From Auanema rhodensis (Eukaryota; Animalia; Nematoda), in assembly GCA_964057225.1 (NCBI GenBank), contig OZ059897.1:9052001-9116000 (forward strand): 64,000 nucleotides of DNA, in the 5' to 3' direction. The position numbers were made by a program, and so were the translations under genes. Every line of letters starts with the position of its first letter. Within the stretch, counting starts at the first letter, position 1. Shown piece by piece: positions 37,949 to 51,594 of this stretch. Below the pieces are notes generated by a model. That model was not told where the DNA came from, searched no databases, and saw nothing but the letters and a program-made list of their open reading frames with translations.

Positions 37949-40773
37949 GGCGGAAGGAAGACAGAAATGCAATGAAGTGGAAAAAACACAAATGCAACCG
38001 TTCTCTGTGCACGTAGTTTTTAAAATAAAAATTATGTGAGCGCGAAGTTGATGTAGTGATTTGGCTCAACGAATACTGTGCTTCTCAAGATGTTTTCTAA
38101 TTAATTGCTAAAACTATGCAGTTTCCGATAATTCTTAAAAGAAGAAATGAAAAAGAAGAAGAAGGAAGTAAGAAAAGTAAATTATATGCATAATTCTAAA
38201 GAATTCGATTTTAATAGATGATTACGAGAGAAAGTAATACAAGGTAACGAGGTTTACTACAATAACTTTTCCTTTTTCAGTTTAATGATGCAATGAAATT
38301 TGATAGTTTAGGGGGCTCTATTCCCTTATAATAAAATGAAATTTAAAAAATAATAGAAATATAAAGTAAAATTGGTTTGAATGAAAGTAAAAAGCCGGTT
38401 ATTAGTTGCTTATTGTATTTATGATTTTTTAAAAATATCATGTTGACTTTCGATTTTCTAAAAAAAACTGTTTGAACAGGTCTTTCAAAAAGACAACGAG
38501 GTAGATGATACTGTTAAGAAAGTAGATAGATAGTATAAAGTTTTAAGAGGTAGAAAGAAAAAATGAAATATAGAGATAGAGAGATAGAGAGAGATTCAAA
38601 TTAAAATTGACATCTAGTTTGCTTTCTTTGATTAACAGATACACACACACACACACATACACATAAGGAAAAATGATGGAAAAGGTAGAAAGATAGACAA
38701 CGTGAAATGAAAAAAATTTAGAAAAGAAAGTTCAAAATAATGAGAAGAGAGACAACTTTCTGTTTTTTAGAAATCTAGCGCACAAGTCCGCAGGAAATCG
38801 ACCTTAGTGTAGATTGTTCCAACGAAAAAAATATATTTAAAACACTTAAAAAAAAGAAGATAACACTAGGAATATTATAGGAAATTGGATGAAAAGAAAG
38901 AAAAAAACAGAATACTAAATGAACATACCATATCAATGACTATTTTTCTGAATTGAAGGCGTTGTTTTCGGCTTAAGCTCGTGAGGAAATCACAATTAGA
39001 ATCTTGAAGAAGCTTGAAAGCTACAGCTAGATGATGTTGTTCCAAAACACTCTCGTCATTGTACATGATAGCTAGTTCATTATCTGTAATACAAATGATG
39101 TATGAAATGAAAATAAAAGTTTAAAATGTACTTGAGTTAATAAGATATTGATTGGTAAATCCAGGATGATCAACATCGTGAATAGCTCCAGCGAAAATTG
39201 CTGCCATTACTTCAAGATCTGAGAAAACCTCCTAAACATACAGAAAGATTAGTATGATTGCAAAGCTTAAAGCATTGTTACCGTTAACACTGGAGATGTT
39301 AAGAGAACATGCATAGACTGTGTGACATCAGCAGCATGTATGTGGTTGTGATAGGGATTACTACGGTAATGGTGTTCCAAATTCAGAAGATAAGTTACAA
39401 GAGTTGATGATGGAATTTCAAATGTCTTGATTAATCCTCTTTCTTTGAATAATGTATATGTTACAGCTGTTAAGGCATGATTCTTAGATAATTCGTCTAT
39501 TTTGAATACGTCAGGTCCCCAATCGTTAATCTGAAAAGCAATAACACATAGGTTTGATCATATTATCGCGAAAGCGCGATGCTGTTTCTTACACGTTGCA
39601 TATAGACAGCAATTTCCTTTGCACACGTAACACCATATTCGGGTAAGTTACCCTCATGTGAGTGAGCACGAAGCTTTCTAACTCCAGAAATACGGTTCAT
39701 AGCTGCTGTTTGAGCCTTCTTCAGAAGGCCCATAGGTAGTTGAGGTGATGATGTTGACGGTCCCTGCAAATGCATTATATTCTTTCGTAGATATTACTAT
39801 TCATTTATGATTCTTGAAGAGATGTATGTATTTGCTGTCAGAGTTTCGTGAATAATGACTGCTTGTCCAGCAATTGCGACACGTACTCGTGACCTTAGAA
39901 GGGTGAATGCCTTGAAAGCTTTTCCACGTGAGATGCCACGCGAAAACTTAGTGCTAAGCCTGACGTCAAAGGCATGCGTAGAAGAGCTTTAAATGCCAAA
40001 AAGAAGAATATCGGATGTCCTTCTTCTTTCACTGCCCACTATTTGACTTAAATGAGTGTATTCTCTCAAAACTTCATATTACTTATATCATCTCAAAGAG
40101 ATTTTTTGTCATATTTCCCACCCACCCTCGCCAGTGTCAATCTAATCTCTCTCTTTTTCTCTCTCTCGCTCTCTTTTTCCATTTGAATGGCGAAAATTGT
40201 TTTTTGTCTTTCGTATGTTATAAGGTAAACCTTTAAACTGAGCCATAAATTGGATTTTTTTTCTCAAATGGAATCTTTGGTTTTCTCTCTATTTTCCTTC
40301 AAAAGACTGGAAATTATTTTTCTTCTCGCTTGACTGTGCTGTTTTATATGTTTTTTGTCTCCACCGATATTCAGCATGAGCATAGTCGTTGATCATCGAT
40401 GCTTGCTGACCATGATCCAACTAAACGCCATCAAACTGAGAAGAGAAACAACCCAATACGCTGCTCGTAACATAAACACTCACGAGAACGAGTAATGATG
40501 ATGCAATAAAGAGAGGAATCAGACAATCAAAGAGTTCTTAAAGAGAGAATTTTAAAGTAGATAGAGAGGAAAGAGAAAGAGAATGAAGAACATTGAGATA
40601 GTGAGAACAAAGAAACATTAAGGTTATAGTTTTTATGAAACAACCGAGTAACGGAAATGAACAAGGGCATTATCATCATTCTAACAAGCTTGCTTCATTG
40701 CTTGCTTGCATCTTATATAAACAAAAACCTTTTTTTTTCTTTCTCAGAATGAAATGCTTTATAAGGTTTTCAT

Positions 40774-40822
<49 letters not shown>

Positions 40823-43800
40823 TAGAGGGTGGAGTAATATTTTCTTTTTTCTCTCATCTTCCTCTGTTTTTTTTCTCTTGTTTTTAGCTTCTCTTACATT
40901 TTTTCAAAATGTTTGTTTGCACATACCGTTTGACACTCCCTAATTGAAAAGTTTTTTTTTCTTTTCTGGATCACGTGTGATTTTTTTATTCATATAACAT
41001 GCTAGAATTACACTCTTTTTTACGATGTTTTGATTCTTAAAAAGAGAGCAGAAAAAAGGTTTTGATGAGGTTGAACTGATGTCATCCAGTTCACACGAAT
41101 GATGATACTCTTCTTCTCTTCTTTCTCATCAAATGTAAAGTTCACAAAAAATGCTTATTTTATGACTTTTTAGCGATAGGCAAGACAAAGAAGAATCAGG
41201 AGATAGTGAAATACGAGGCTAAGATGATTCAAAGATGAGAAAAAGTTTTTTTTTCCAAAAAAAAAAACATCAGAGAGTCACAAACTTACATTAACTTCTC
41301 CAGGTACTTCTATTTCAATAGCTCCGTCATCCTCATCCTTATCCATATAAGTTGTAATAAGAAATTTGGAAACCTGAAACGTAGATACATAAATAGATCA
41401 GAATAACGATGTGAATGGCAGATGACGTGGTTGTAGACACGACATCCTCGTCAACAATGACAAGCAAAGAGATAATGGCTAGGTAACATACCTGAGTACC
41501 CGATTTCGAAGATTCAGCGAAATGACTGAGTTCTTTATTGAGCATTTTTCGGAACTGAAAATTATTATAATGATTATAGCTATATGATATAGTTAGTGTT
41601 TTATATATAATATGTTGTTTGTTTTGAACCTTTATATCTGCACAAATCACCTTCTTTTGCTTAGCTATATAACGCATTATGATTCTGTTATATAGTTCTA
41701 ACGGCTTCTGACGGCAGCGATGAGCTTGTCGTCGGTAATGTGGTCTAATAACGTCTTCAATTTTTTTTTTACTCAAATTACTACGATTCAGTAAAATAAC
41801 AGAGATTGTCAGAACAAAGGCCTGATAAAGATAAGAACGATCAGTGAAAATCTACGCAAACGCTAACGCAATAACGTAATTATTGGAGCGCAGAAACATA
41901 TGATAAAATGGAAATAGTCCGGAAAATGGAACGCCAACCTCATGAGACGGATGAAAAATTGTGGTTGAAAGGGCTGTCATCTGGAGATGTGTGAGGACGA
42001 TGACGATGAGATGGTGGCAGGTTGAGCAGTTTAATGAAGACGATCACTAGACAAGTGGTGAAGATGGAATTCAACAAGAATTCAAAGAACAGATAATGGT
42101 ACAAGAAAAGGATTTGTAGAAAAGTGGGAGGAGTAAAGACTGAAGAGAGACTAAAGAAGTCTGAATGACATCCAGATTGCTCATGAAGAAAGAGAGAAAA
42201 AGGAAAATGAAGAGTGATAGAGAGAGGAAGAGAGAGGGAGAGAAAGAGAGAGAGAGAGAAAGAGTACGCGAAGTTTCGAAGATAATTTGACGGAAAAAGG
42301 ATGGAAAAAAACGAAAAATGGTATTAGAAGGATGTGACCGAAGATGTTGTAGTCGCTATAGGAGAACAAGGAATTAAGTATCGGAACGTTGACACAGCTT
42401 TTGAAGTTTCAATAAGCCGATCATGGATTATACAACGTCTTCAGCAACGGTTTGGCGAGTTTTACAGAGGATTTTCCGGAACACATTATTGGAAATTAGA
42501 AAGAAAATGGTTAGTTTGTCGTTTGAAGACTATTAGAAGGCCGAAGGATTTGTGATGAATGTTTCAAATTACATGATGAAAGTAGGATATATCAAGTATT
42601 CAGATGCAAAAGAATTAAATAAATGGAAAAAGAAGAAAAGAGAATATAAGCATTGAGAGAAAGAGAGAAAGAGCTACATGAATGAATGCATATAGAATAA
42701 GAATAAATAAAAAAAAAATAAAAAGTTTCAAATGTATTAAAAACAAATAAAAAGAATGAAATAAGAAAGAATAGCAGTAGCAAGAAATGAATAATAGATT
42801 CTTATTTGGAAGTGTTTTGATTGGACGATCAGCTTGTTCTCTCTCTTTCTCTCTCTTGGATATAAAATGTTAAATCTTGCAAAATCTCTGTTGACTGTAC
42901 GATGACGAGAGAAATGATCTGGGCGGCCGGAAGTCAGTGATGTGAAAATGATGGGATGGGAAAGAGGGAGGAGCGGACGTTGATGTCGTCGTCGATGTCG
43001 ATGACGGTGTTGACGGTGCGCTGACGACAACGGCAAGAATGGAAAGAAGAGTTGATGCCATAGGAGAGTAGGGGCGGGCCGTATGTAGTGATGATGGCAT
43101 GTGTCTGTGTTACTTAATACATAAGATCGACATCATCCCAAATAAGGCAGAAGCATGGGGATAGGTGGATATACAGGGAGTTGGAGAGATCGGATGGAGA
43201 GAGGGAGCTGCAGATAGAGATAGAGATAGAGAGAGAGAGCGCGCATGAAAAGGGGAGAGAGAAAGAGAGAGTAGAGAGAAAAGATGCAAATGCAATGTGT
43301 GTTCCAGAAAACTTTCAAATTATGAAACCGTGACGATATATGCGGATATTCAAAGACTTAGATATAACAATAGTTGGAGGAAATGATGCATTTGATAGAC
43401 GTAGAAAGATAGAAAACGAGGTAGGAGATAGAAAGATTCTGGTTATGGAAATCAGCTGAACATATAGCTTGAATAAGATTGGCTATTGGGTAGTTATCAG
43501 CTGTCGAAAGATTGTCGGAGCAGATAATGGACAAGGAATAAGATGATAACGAATGATAACTAAGGACCTTTTTGTAAATGGACTTCATAAAAGGTGATGT
43601 AACGAGAACGGAAAGCTATGATCGCCGACAGAAAAATAGCTTCCGGTCGTTCAACCGCAGTCATCGTTGTTGTTGTTGTTGATGATGATATAGTAGATGT
43701 CTGATTAGATTAAAACAATTGTCGTCATGGTTCTCGTCCGTCGAATGTATCGCCTGATGCTATAGGTCGTAAGAAGATGTCTCCTGATAATGCAGATGAC

Positions 43801-45628
43801 TCTGCTATAACCACAACGAAAGACGAGACGGACGATGATGCAAGCTGAGATGACAAGAAGAAACATGTCATCATGTCCACGCAGATGAGTGTGGGCTGAG
43901 CCAAGCATCATGAACACATCATACCAGAATGGCACGATCACCGAGATGAGATGATGAGGATGAGAAAAAAAATTACAAAAATTGTATAAAAACGTGATTG
44001 GCAGCAGAAGGGCGAAGCTTTAGGAGGGAAGAAGCGGCCACATGGATCTTAGATTATCGTACGTCATCCAGCTGGGTGACCTCAGCCATCATCTGATCAT
44101 CGGCTGTTCATCAAATCTTTTGTTGTTTTATGAACGTGAAAGAAAAAAGCACCAGGGAATTGAAAAGATGATTGACTGGATGTGCATAATGGAAGCCCAG
44201 TGCATGTGTCGTTCAACTAAAAATAAAGCTTTATCCGCTGTTTTGAGCATATTTCCATCAGTTATACCAGTAGTCATCAATGAACGTTCAACTCCTTGGT
44301 CTTTCTGATGAGCGTTCTGATCGAGTAAACATGTGGTCAGCTTGTTTAACGGAACGTTCATAATTCGATAATTCAAAGCCGGATAAGTTCTATGTTTTTA
44401 GCAACATTGAAGATTTGGTGAGAAACATGATTTAGAGAGCAAAAACAGCAAAACACTTTCTGTGAACTAAGACAAAGCTGTGTATTGTAGAAACCGTGTC
44501 TCTCTTGCGGTTTCTGATTCCGACGTCAAAAGTCGGCCATGGTGGTGTCGAGGGTTTTCCATCGAAAAACGAAGAGGAAGGAAAGAAAAATAAAAGAAAA
44601 GGGACACTCTCGACGTCTCTTTGTCTGCTATGACATTTTAACGTTGAATCGTTCTTCGATTCGTTCACGAAATCCTTTATAATGAGAAGAAATAGAGATG
44701 AAAGAGCAGGTAAACTTCAGAGAATACGAGAAGAACTAATGAATACGAGAGATGGAGATAAACACTTGGAAAGGTAGGCTTTCGATAGGGAATTGAAATG
44801 TTTGATAACGACGACAACCACACAGATGTTCATCCATCTGAAGCACATCTTAGGTGAACATCTTAGTCCAAGCGACCGAATATGGTATCTAGATGTCTTG
44901 CTGTTATCGTCTTCGGTTGATCAGCAAAATGATTGCAAGAATGGTCAGAGAACGTGTACACCAATGGTTCTTGTGCAAAGTCGTTCAATCAACTGATAGG
45001 CTACATGGCATGGATGTGAGAGATGATGACGCTGATGGTGATGTCGCTGCTGGCAGCTAGTATTGACGTTAACACCTTAGGTTGCTAGTTGTAAGGTGCA
45101 AACCCGTGCGTTACCGGTTTGTCTGTTGGCAAAATTTCCGCTCGGAAGAGATAGGTTGTTTCGAGCAGATTCTGAAGATTAGACAGAACGTTGCCGTTCG
45201 TATGGTTGTGCAAGTTGTCGTCTTCATGTGATGTTATTACTGACAGAAAGGCAAAATTGGAAAAGCAATAGAGACTTTATAAAAACAGATCAGGACATTG
45301 GTTGATGACGGCTGTGGGGCATACAGGGGTTACTACCACGACAACGATCAGTAGCAGCTACATGACGGAAGGGGCTGGACAAGGTTGGAACGAGATAATG
45401 AGATCAGTTAAATGATCCATCAAAACCAACTTTGTCTGTATTAGCGCTTTAACGCTTCTAGTATTCCGACGAAGATGCTGCTGTCAAACGACGACGGAAC
45501 GAGGACGGACGGCATTTGTGTTGTTCATTTGACAACCGGAAGCCAATATAATATGGTTATCAGTTACCAGCCATGACGAGATCGTATGAAGTGATGACGG
45601 TACACATCAATGCTAAAGGGGTTAGCAG

Positions 45629-45702
<74 letters not shown>

Positions 45703-48700
45703 GATGATGTCGAAAATGCTACTGAACGAAATGATTTAAAGAAACAGTTCACACGGAAACTGTGAGTATCTGAACAGAATGATACTAGACTGAAGAGCTA
45801 TATGTTGCACTAAATCGAAGCCAAGCCCTCCTCCTATCGTGCTATATCTCTGAATATCGTAGATGATGGCTGGCTGAACGTCATGGATGAGAATCTATTG
45901 AAGGTTTTGAAAGAGACTGACTGTTTCATGAATGAATATCATGAAAAGGTCATATGAACGCTATGAGTACTTCTACAAGTAAAATCCCCTATGAAGAATG
46001 CATTATTACAGATCAATCTAGAATAACTGAATGATAATGATGGTAAATCGAGAATTTTCAAAAAAAAAAAAGTTTTTTTGACCATTTCAATCAAAAAGTA
46101 CAAATGATTTTGAAAGAATCTCGTACACATAAATCATTGTTTTCAATCTGCAGTTTTCATTTTTTGGAAAATAATTTTCGAAAAAGAAAGAAAAGAAAAC
46201 TTTTGAAGAAAAATGATACATGTATAAGATTTAAGGAAGTAATTCTTCTTTTCTTCATAATTATATATCGTTAGCCTCATCAAATTGACTAACAGTATAG
46301 GTTACAGACGAAAAAATCTCCTTTTCTTTGCTTATTGTCATCCATCCAAAAAAAAAAGTTACAAAAGAAAATCAGAAAATTTCCGGAAAGAAAATAAAAC
46401 AAAGAAAACTGAACGATAAAAGAGGAAATGATGTTCTTGATCATACTATCAGAGAACATATTGCCTAAAGATGTTCGATGTGCAGTTTTGAAAAGAATGA
46501 TTGATGAATATTTAATGGTATGAAATATGATGAAAAGAGCTTTTAAAAAATGAAAAAGGATCCTTCACTTTTCAAATAAACTATTGAAAGTTCTCTTTTT
46601 TTTTAATTTTTTTTTATTTTTTAGAAGAAAAATGAATAATAACAAGAAGTTGACACAAAAAAACAATCAACGAAATATTTAAAGATTAGGCTGAAAGCTC
46701 AAAAAAAGTTCTTTTTGTCAGATTAATGCTGTTATTTAATATGAAACTTGTTTGTAGTTTGGTGATTTGTGCAGATATTTGAGATCAAATATTTGAAAAT
46801 AATCAAAAACTACGAAGAAGAAGCCGTAAGAACGTACTTTGCTGGAAGCCATTTCTGACACAGAACGATGAGTTTGTATTGTTTCCAGCTGGTCCAGACA
46901 CCAATCTAATTCTTCTGAAAAGGAATAGAATCAAATTAGCTGCAAATAATATAAATATTTTATTATTATTTATCATATATTTTAATTAATTTTTATCTGA
47001 TAATTCTAATGATAATTAATGATATATTATAATATTTTTAGAAAAATTAAATTCTTAATAAGAATATGAAGATCGTATTTCAAATCAAAAAATTATAAAT
47101 ATCTTTCTCTTATTCTTGTGTATCTAAGATGTTTTTTGATTTTTCTTTCGTTGGTTTTTTGGTGTTTTTTTCTGTTGCACACAATGTAATGTGATGTTGC
47201 ATGTGGATTTGAAAATAAATGATATCATATAGTTAGTATATAATATTAAATATAACATATAAGTAACTGAATAAGTAAAGAATATTTACCTTCAGTTATT
47301 ATCACAAAAAGAAAAGAAAATATCAGTTTTGTGTATTAAATTACAAGAAAAAAAAGAAGATTATTATAAATAAAGTTATATAAATGAATAAGAATAATAA
47401 ATTATTCTATAAATAGATAACTACTATACATCACTTTATGTATATGTATATCTATTTATTTTATATTTAAGCTTTAAGAATTAATATCTAAATTTAGATC
47501 TAAAAAGGGATCACAAAATCATTTTAAAATCTTAAATTTAACATTTTTAAAAAAAAAATATAATAATGCTTATAGCATATATCATATATATTATAATTTA
47601 AGAATATTATATAGTATTTAGTAAAGAAACAGCTACATACACATACATACGTATCTATCTATCTATGTATTCTTAGTTGGTTATAAAGACATTTTTTCTA
47701 AGTTATTCAATGTCAAAATTGGATGAAGATATGGTTTTTGAACGAAAATTTCAATTTCCTTTTTTCTTCAATTTCTTTACTAATTTTTTGTCAGTTAAAT
47801 AGTCAATGGACATGAATTACTTATGATTTTACTATTAAATTGCACAATGTCTATCAATTAATAATTCTGACATGATGTTTTTTTTTAAATTATTCTATTT
47901 TCTATAGAATATTTCCTTTTCTTTTTTTTTTTAAATTATAAATCAAATTAATATAATCGATGACATAAAAGCAATACAGCCGTTATAATTTGTCTTTAAC
48001 ATCTATCGAATCACGTATCTCTTATTATAATTTAATTAATTTATATAATATAAAATTTAATATTTTTGAATGTATTTATATAAAATATTCCGAAGATCAT
48101 ACACATACTATGATTATATGTTTTTAAAACATTTGTAATTGAAAACTAGCTCATTGGTTTGTTCAAGTTTCACATGAGAATCTGAGTCAGACAACCGAAA
48201 CAGGAAACGGAGATTCGTGAGAAGTTTTTTTTTCCAAAAACGATATAGTACACGTAGTAATAAAGCGGAAATGAAATATCAAAAGAAAAGTTCACGTGAA
48301 AGGGCAAACTTACCTTTCACGTTAGCTTGCAACATCAAAGGTCACGTAATGATACATGTACTTTCACGTGTATTTGCAAAGAAAATATAATAACTAATGA
48401 TTTTAGGCGGGTAATGAAGTAAATTCAAACGGGTTTTTACAAACAAACTAGAAAAAATTGGTTAAAACTCACCTAAAGTTTCTTGAGCACAAGTGACAAC
48501 ATTGTCTGGTAATGAAGTATTATGTAGCGGCGGCCTCTTTGACGTGCGCGAAGCATGTCGACCCTCATCAGCATTCTGAATTAATTGATATAATATGATT
48601 ATTGAAAATCTAACCTATAAAGAGTTCAAGAAAACAAAGAGCAAAAGGTTGCTATTGCTTATTTGATTCCCTCATTTACTTTTACATCATTTCTTTCTTA

Positions 48701-51556
48701 CCTCTCTTCCCCTTTCTCTCTCTCTGGCAATCTTTTTACTTCCTCCTCCTCCTTCTCCCCCCCCCCTTCTTCTTCTTCTTTACTTATTTTTCAATATTTT
48801 CTCTCTCTTCAACTGAAAATACTTACAAAAAAGACAAAAAAAAAACTTATTTTTCAGTCATAAAACACCCACATGACGTGGAGTTGAGATTTAGCTTGAG
48901 GAATATGATTTATGTTAAAACAATGGCTGGCATAGACACATACAAACATATACTAACCTACCAAAAAAAAAAAAGAAAAAAATAGTTATCAGCTGATTTT
49001 GGATGTTCATCTTGCGCCCAGTTCCTCTTTATTGCTTCTGTTTTCATGTTACATATACTCTTCACTCTCATCCTTCTTCATGTCATTTTCTTCAATTGTT
49101 TCTTCTTCTTCTTCTTCCTCCTTCCTCACTTCCATCTTGTACCTCCTTTTTCTGTTTTTCTTCCCTCTCTCTATCTCTTGCTACGTCTCTACTGTTCGCA
49201 ATACCGCTTTCTTCAATATTTGAAACATTTCATTACTTACTGATGTATATTAACTTCTAATACTACTTCAAATATCTGATTATTTGAAGAAAAATATTAT
49301 TATTAGTACAAGGTAATAAAGAATTTGAGATGACAATTCAAAAAGATAGACAAAGAAAAAGAAATGAGGATCAAAAACTCATAACGAACCGGAATGTTGC
49401 TGATGGAGATGAGATTGGCACGTACGTTACGAAGACTGGCCAAGAGTTGGGCAAATGGTGTCACAATAAGATCGTCACCATGTCTGAAATACATATATAT
49501 CATAATTAAGCATAAAATAATAAATATTTAAAAGAATATTTGAAACTGGATGTTCATCTCGTCATCTGCTTTATTCCGTTTGCAAGCTATCAGCGAATCG
49601 GATGAGCTTTTCCAACATTGTTTTTTTTGCCTCTAGGCATGTCAGCAAATGATGATTTTCTACATTTCCTACGATAGTTTCGTAAGGAAAAGCTATTTAA
49701 TTGGTTGGAAAAATTCATCCAATAGCATGAAACACACACAATACAACAGGTTCATATGTATGTTTTGAAGGAAGGTTAAGGTACTATCACGAATATTATT
49801 CAGAATTTAGATATGCATGCATTAAAATAAGACAATAACGTCTTTCTTATGTTTTTATTATAATTTATAATTTAGAAATAACTTAATTTGTATTATTGGG
49901 ATATTATAATTAAAGTAATTATATACAATAAGTCACAAAAAATTTTTTTTTCAAAAAACTGATGGTCCATACCAGTAAAAAATTTTTTTTATTTATTTTT
50001 TGCTCTGCTTTTCAGATTGCACACACAATATGCAATATTAAATGTAATATTCAACAATTTTTTTTCAGCTGAATTTGACTTCGGATCGTTCACGTCAAGC
50101 GAATGAAGTGACGTGAAGATATACTTCACGTACGTACTGCCCCCAGGGCATTTTGTTTTTTCATTTTTTTTGCTAAACATAAAGCGGTTGTTTCTCGATT
50201 TATTATCTATCACTTCTTCCTCTTTTTGTTGTTTTTTTCGGGTTTGAAATATCCAATGTTTAAGGAATTCATATACTGAAGACAGAGAATTGAATATGTA
50301 CCAATTTCAAGCTGAGCTCCTCATTGTGGTAGTATAAAGAAAGGGAAACCAACAAAAAGCGGCGAGAAAACGTTGTATCTCTACTTTCTCCTTGTGTTTT
50401 GATAAATTGACAGGGGTCTATGTCTTCTTGGTCTGTCATTTTTTAAATTCAAATATAGATTTTACTTTTTTGCGAGAGTTAGAATATTATCGCGGAAATG
50501 CCTCGTTTCAGGGGGGGGGGGGGGGGGGGGGCTGAGGACTTGCTTCTGACTTCTGACAAAAGACGCGCCCTGAACAAAATTGCGTTCTCAAATGCTCTCG
50601 AGTCTTCCAATTCACAAAAAAACGTTGTCCAAAACCAACAAATAATAATAACTTAAAAATAATAACTTGCTTAGCAAAGATTATTATTTTTACATGTAAA
50701 AACGTTTTGAAGTTATGAGTTTTATTGATTTATTATTATTTTTTTTTGCAAAAAGGGAGAGACTTGCAAAAAAAAGAGATTGTGAATTATTATGTGCATT
50801 AGAGAGAAAGAGATAGATAGATAGAGAGGGAGAAAATTCTACATACAGAGGATAGATAAATGACATCTTCATTGCTCTCTTTGTTTCTAAACTAAAAAAA
50901 AAGAAAATATTTTAAGAAATCAACAAACAATGTAGTGACTTAGTCAAGTGTTCATAATATTATCTTATTCTTAATCTTTTTCAAAAGAAAATCTAATAGT
51001 TGATAGAGTTTAAAACATGTTATATGCTCTAAAGCACAAATTCAATTGATTTTCTGTCCCTATTTGGTAAAAAGATTAGAAGACATCAGAGAGGATGAGC
51101 AGTAAAATTTTTGTTCTTCGAGAAATAGAAGAGCGAATGCATTTTGTGGCAAAAAATGGATGATTTTTCTCTCATTTCTGTCTCCCTTCTATCATATATT
51201 TCTCTCGTTCTCGCTCTATCTCTCTCCCTCTCTCCCTTTTAATATCTACTTGTTGTCTTCAATTAACAATACAAAAATTTAAAAAACATATTAAAGATAG
51301 ATATTTGATAAATTAATACTTCTATAAACTATATAAAGCAGATGTTTTTATAGCTTAACAGCAGAATAAAAGAAATAGAAAATAAGCAGTTAGTCCATTT
51401 AGGAGTAAAATATATTTTTATGACAAAAAAAAAAAAGAATTATTGTGTATCTGTGTATATATATGTGTGTGTGCCTGTAAAGAATGAAAATAATTGAAAT
51501 ATGGATACTTTAAGTCTTTTTTCTTTTTCATACTTTTTCAAAGAGAATATGCCTCT

Positions 51557-51594
<38 letters not shown>

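Noticed and set aside
42737-43318. ORFs in the pde-4 intron as alternative first exons (for example [17 protein letters not shown])
   Set aside because: No donor found in the phase 0 required by the FRKMLNKEL exon; the ORFs are low-complexity and end in stops.
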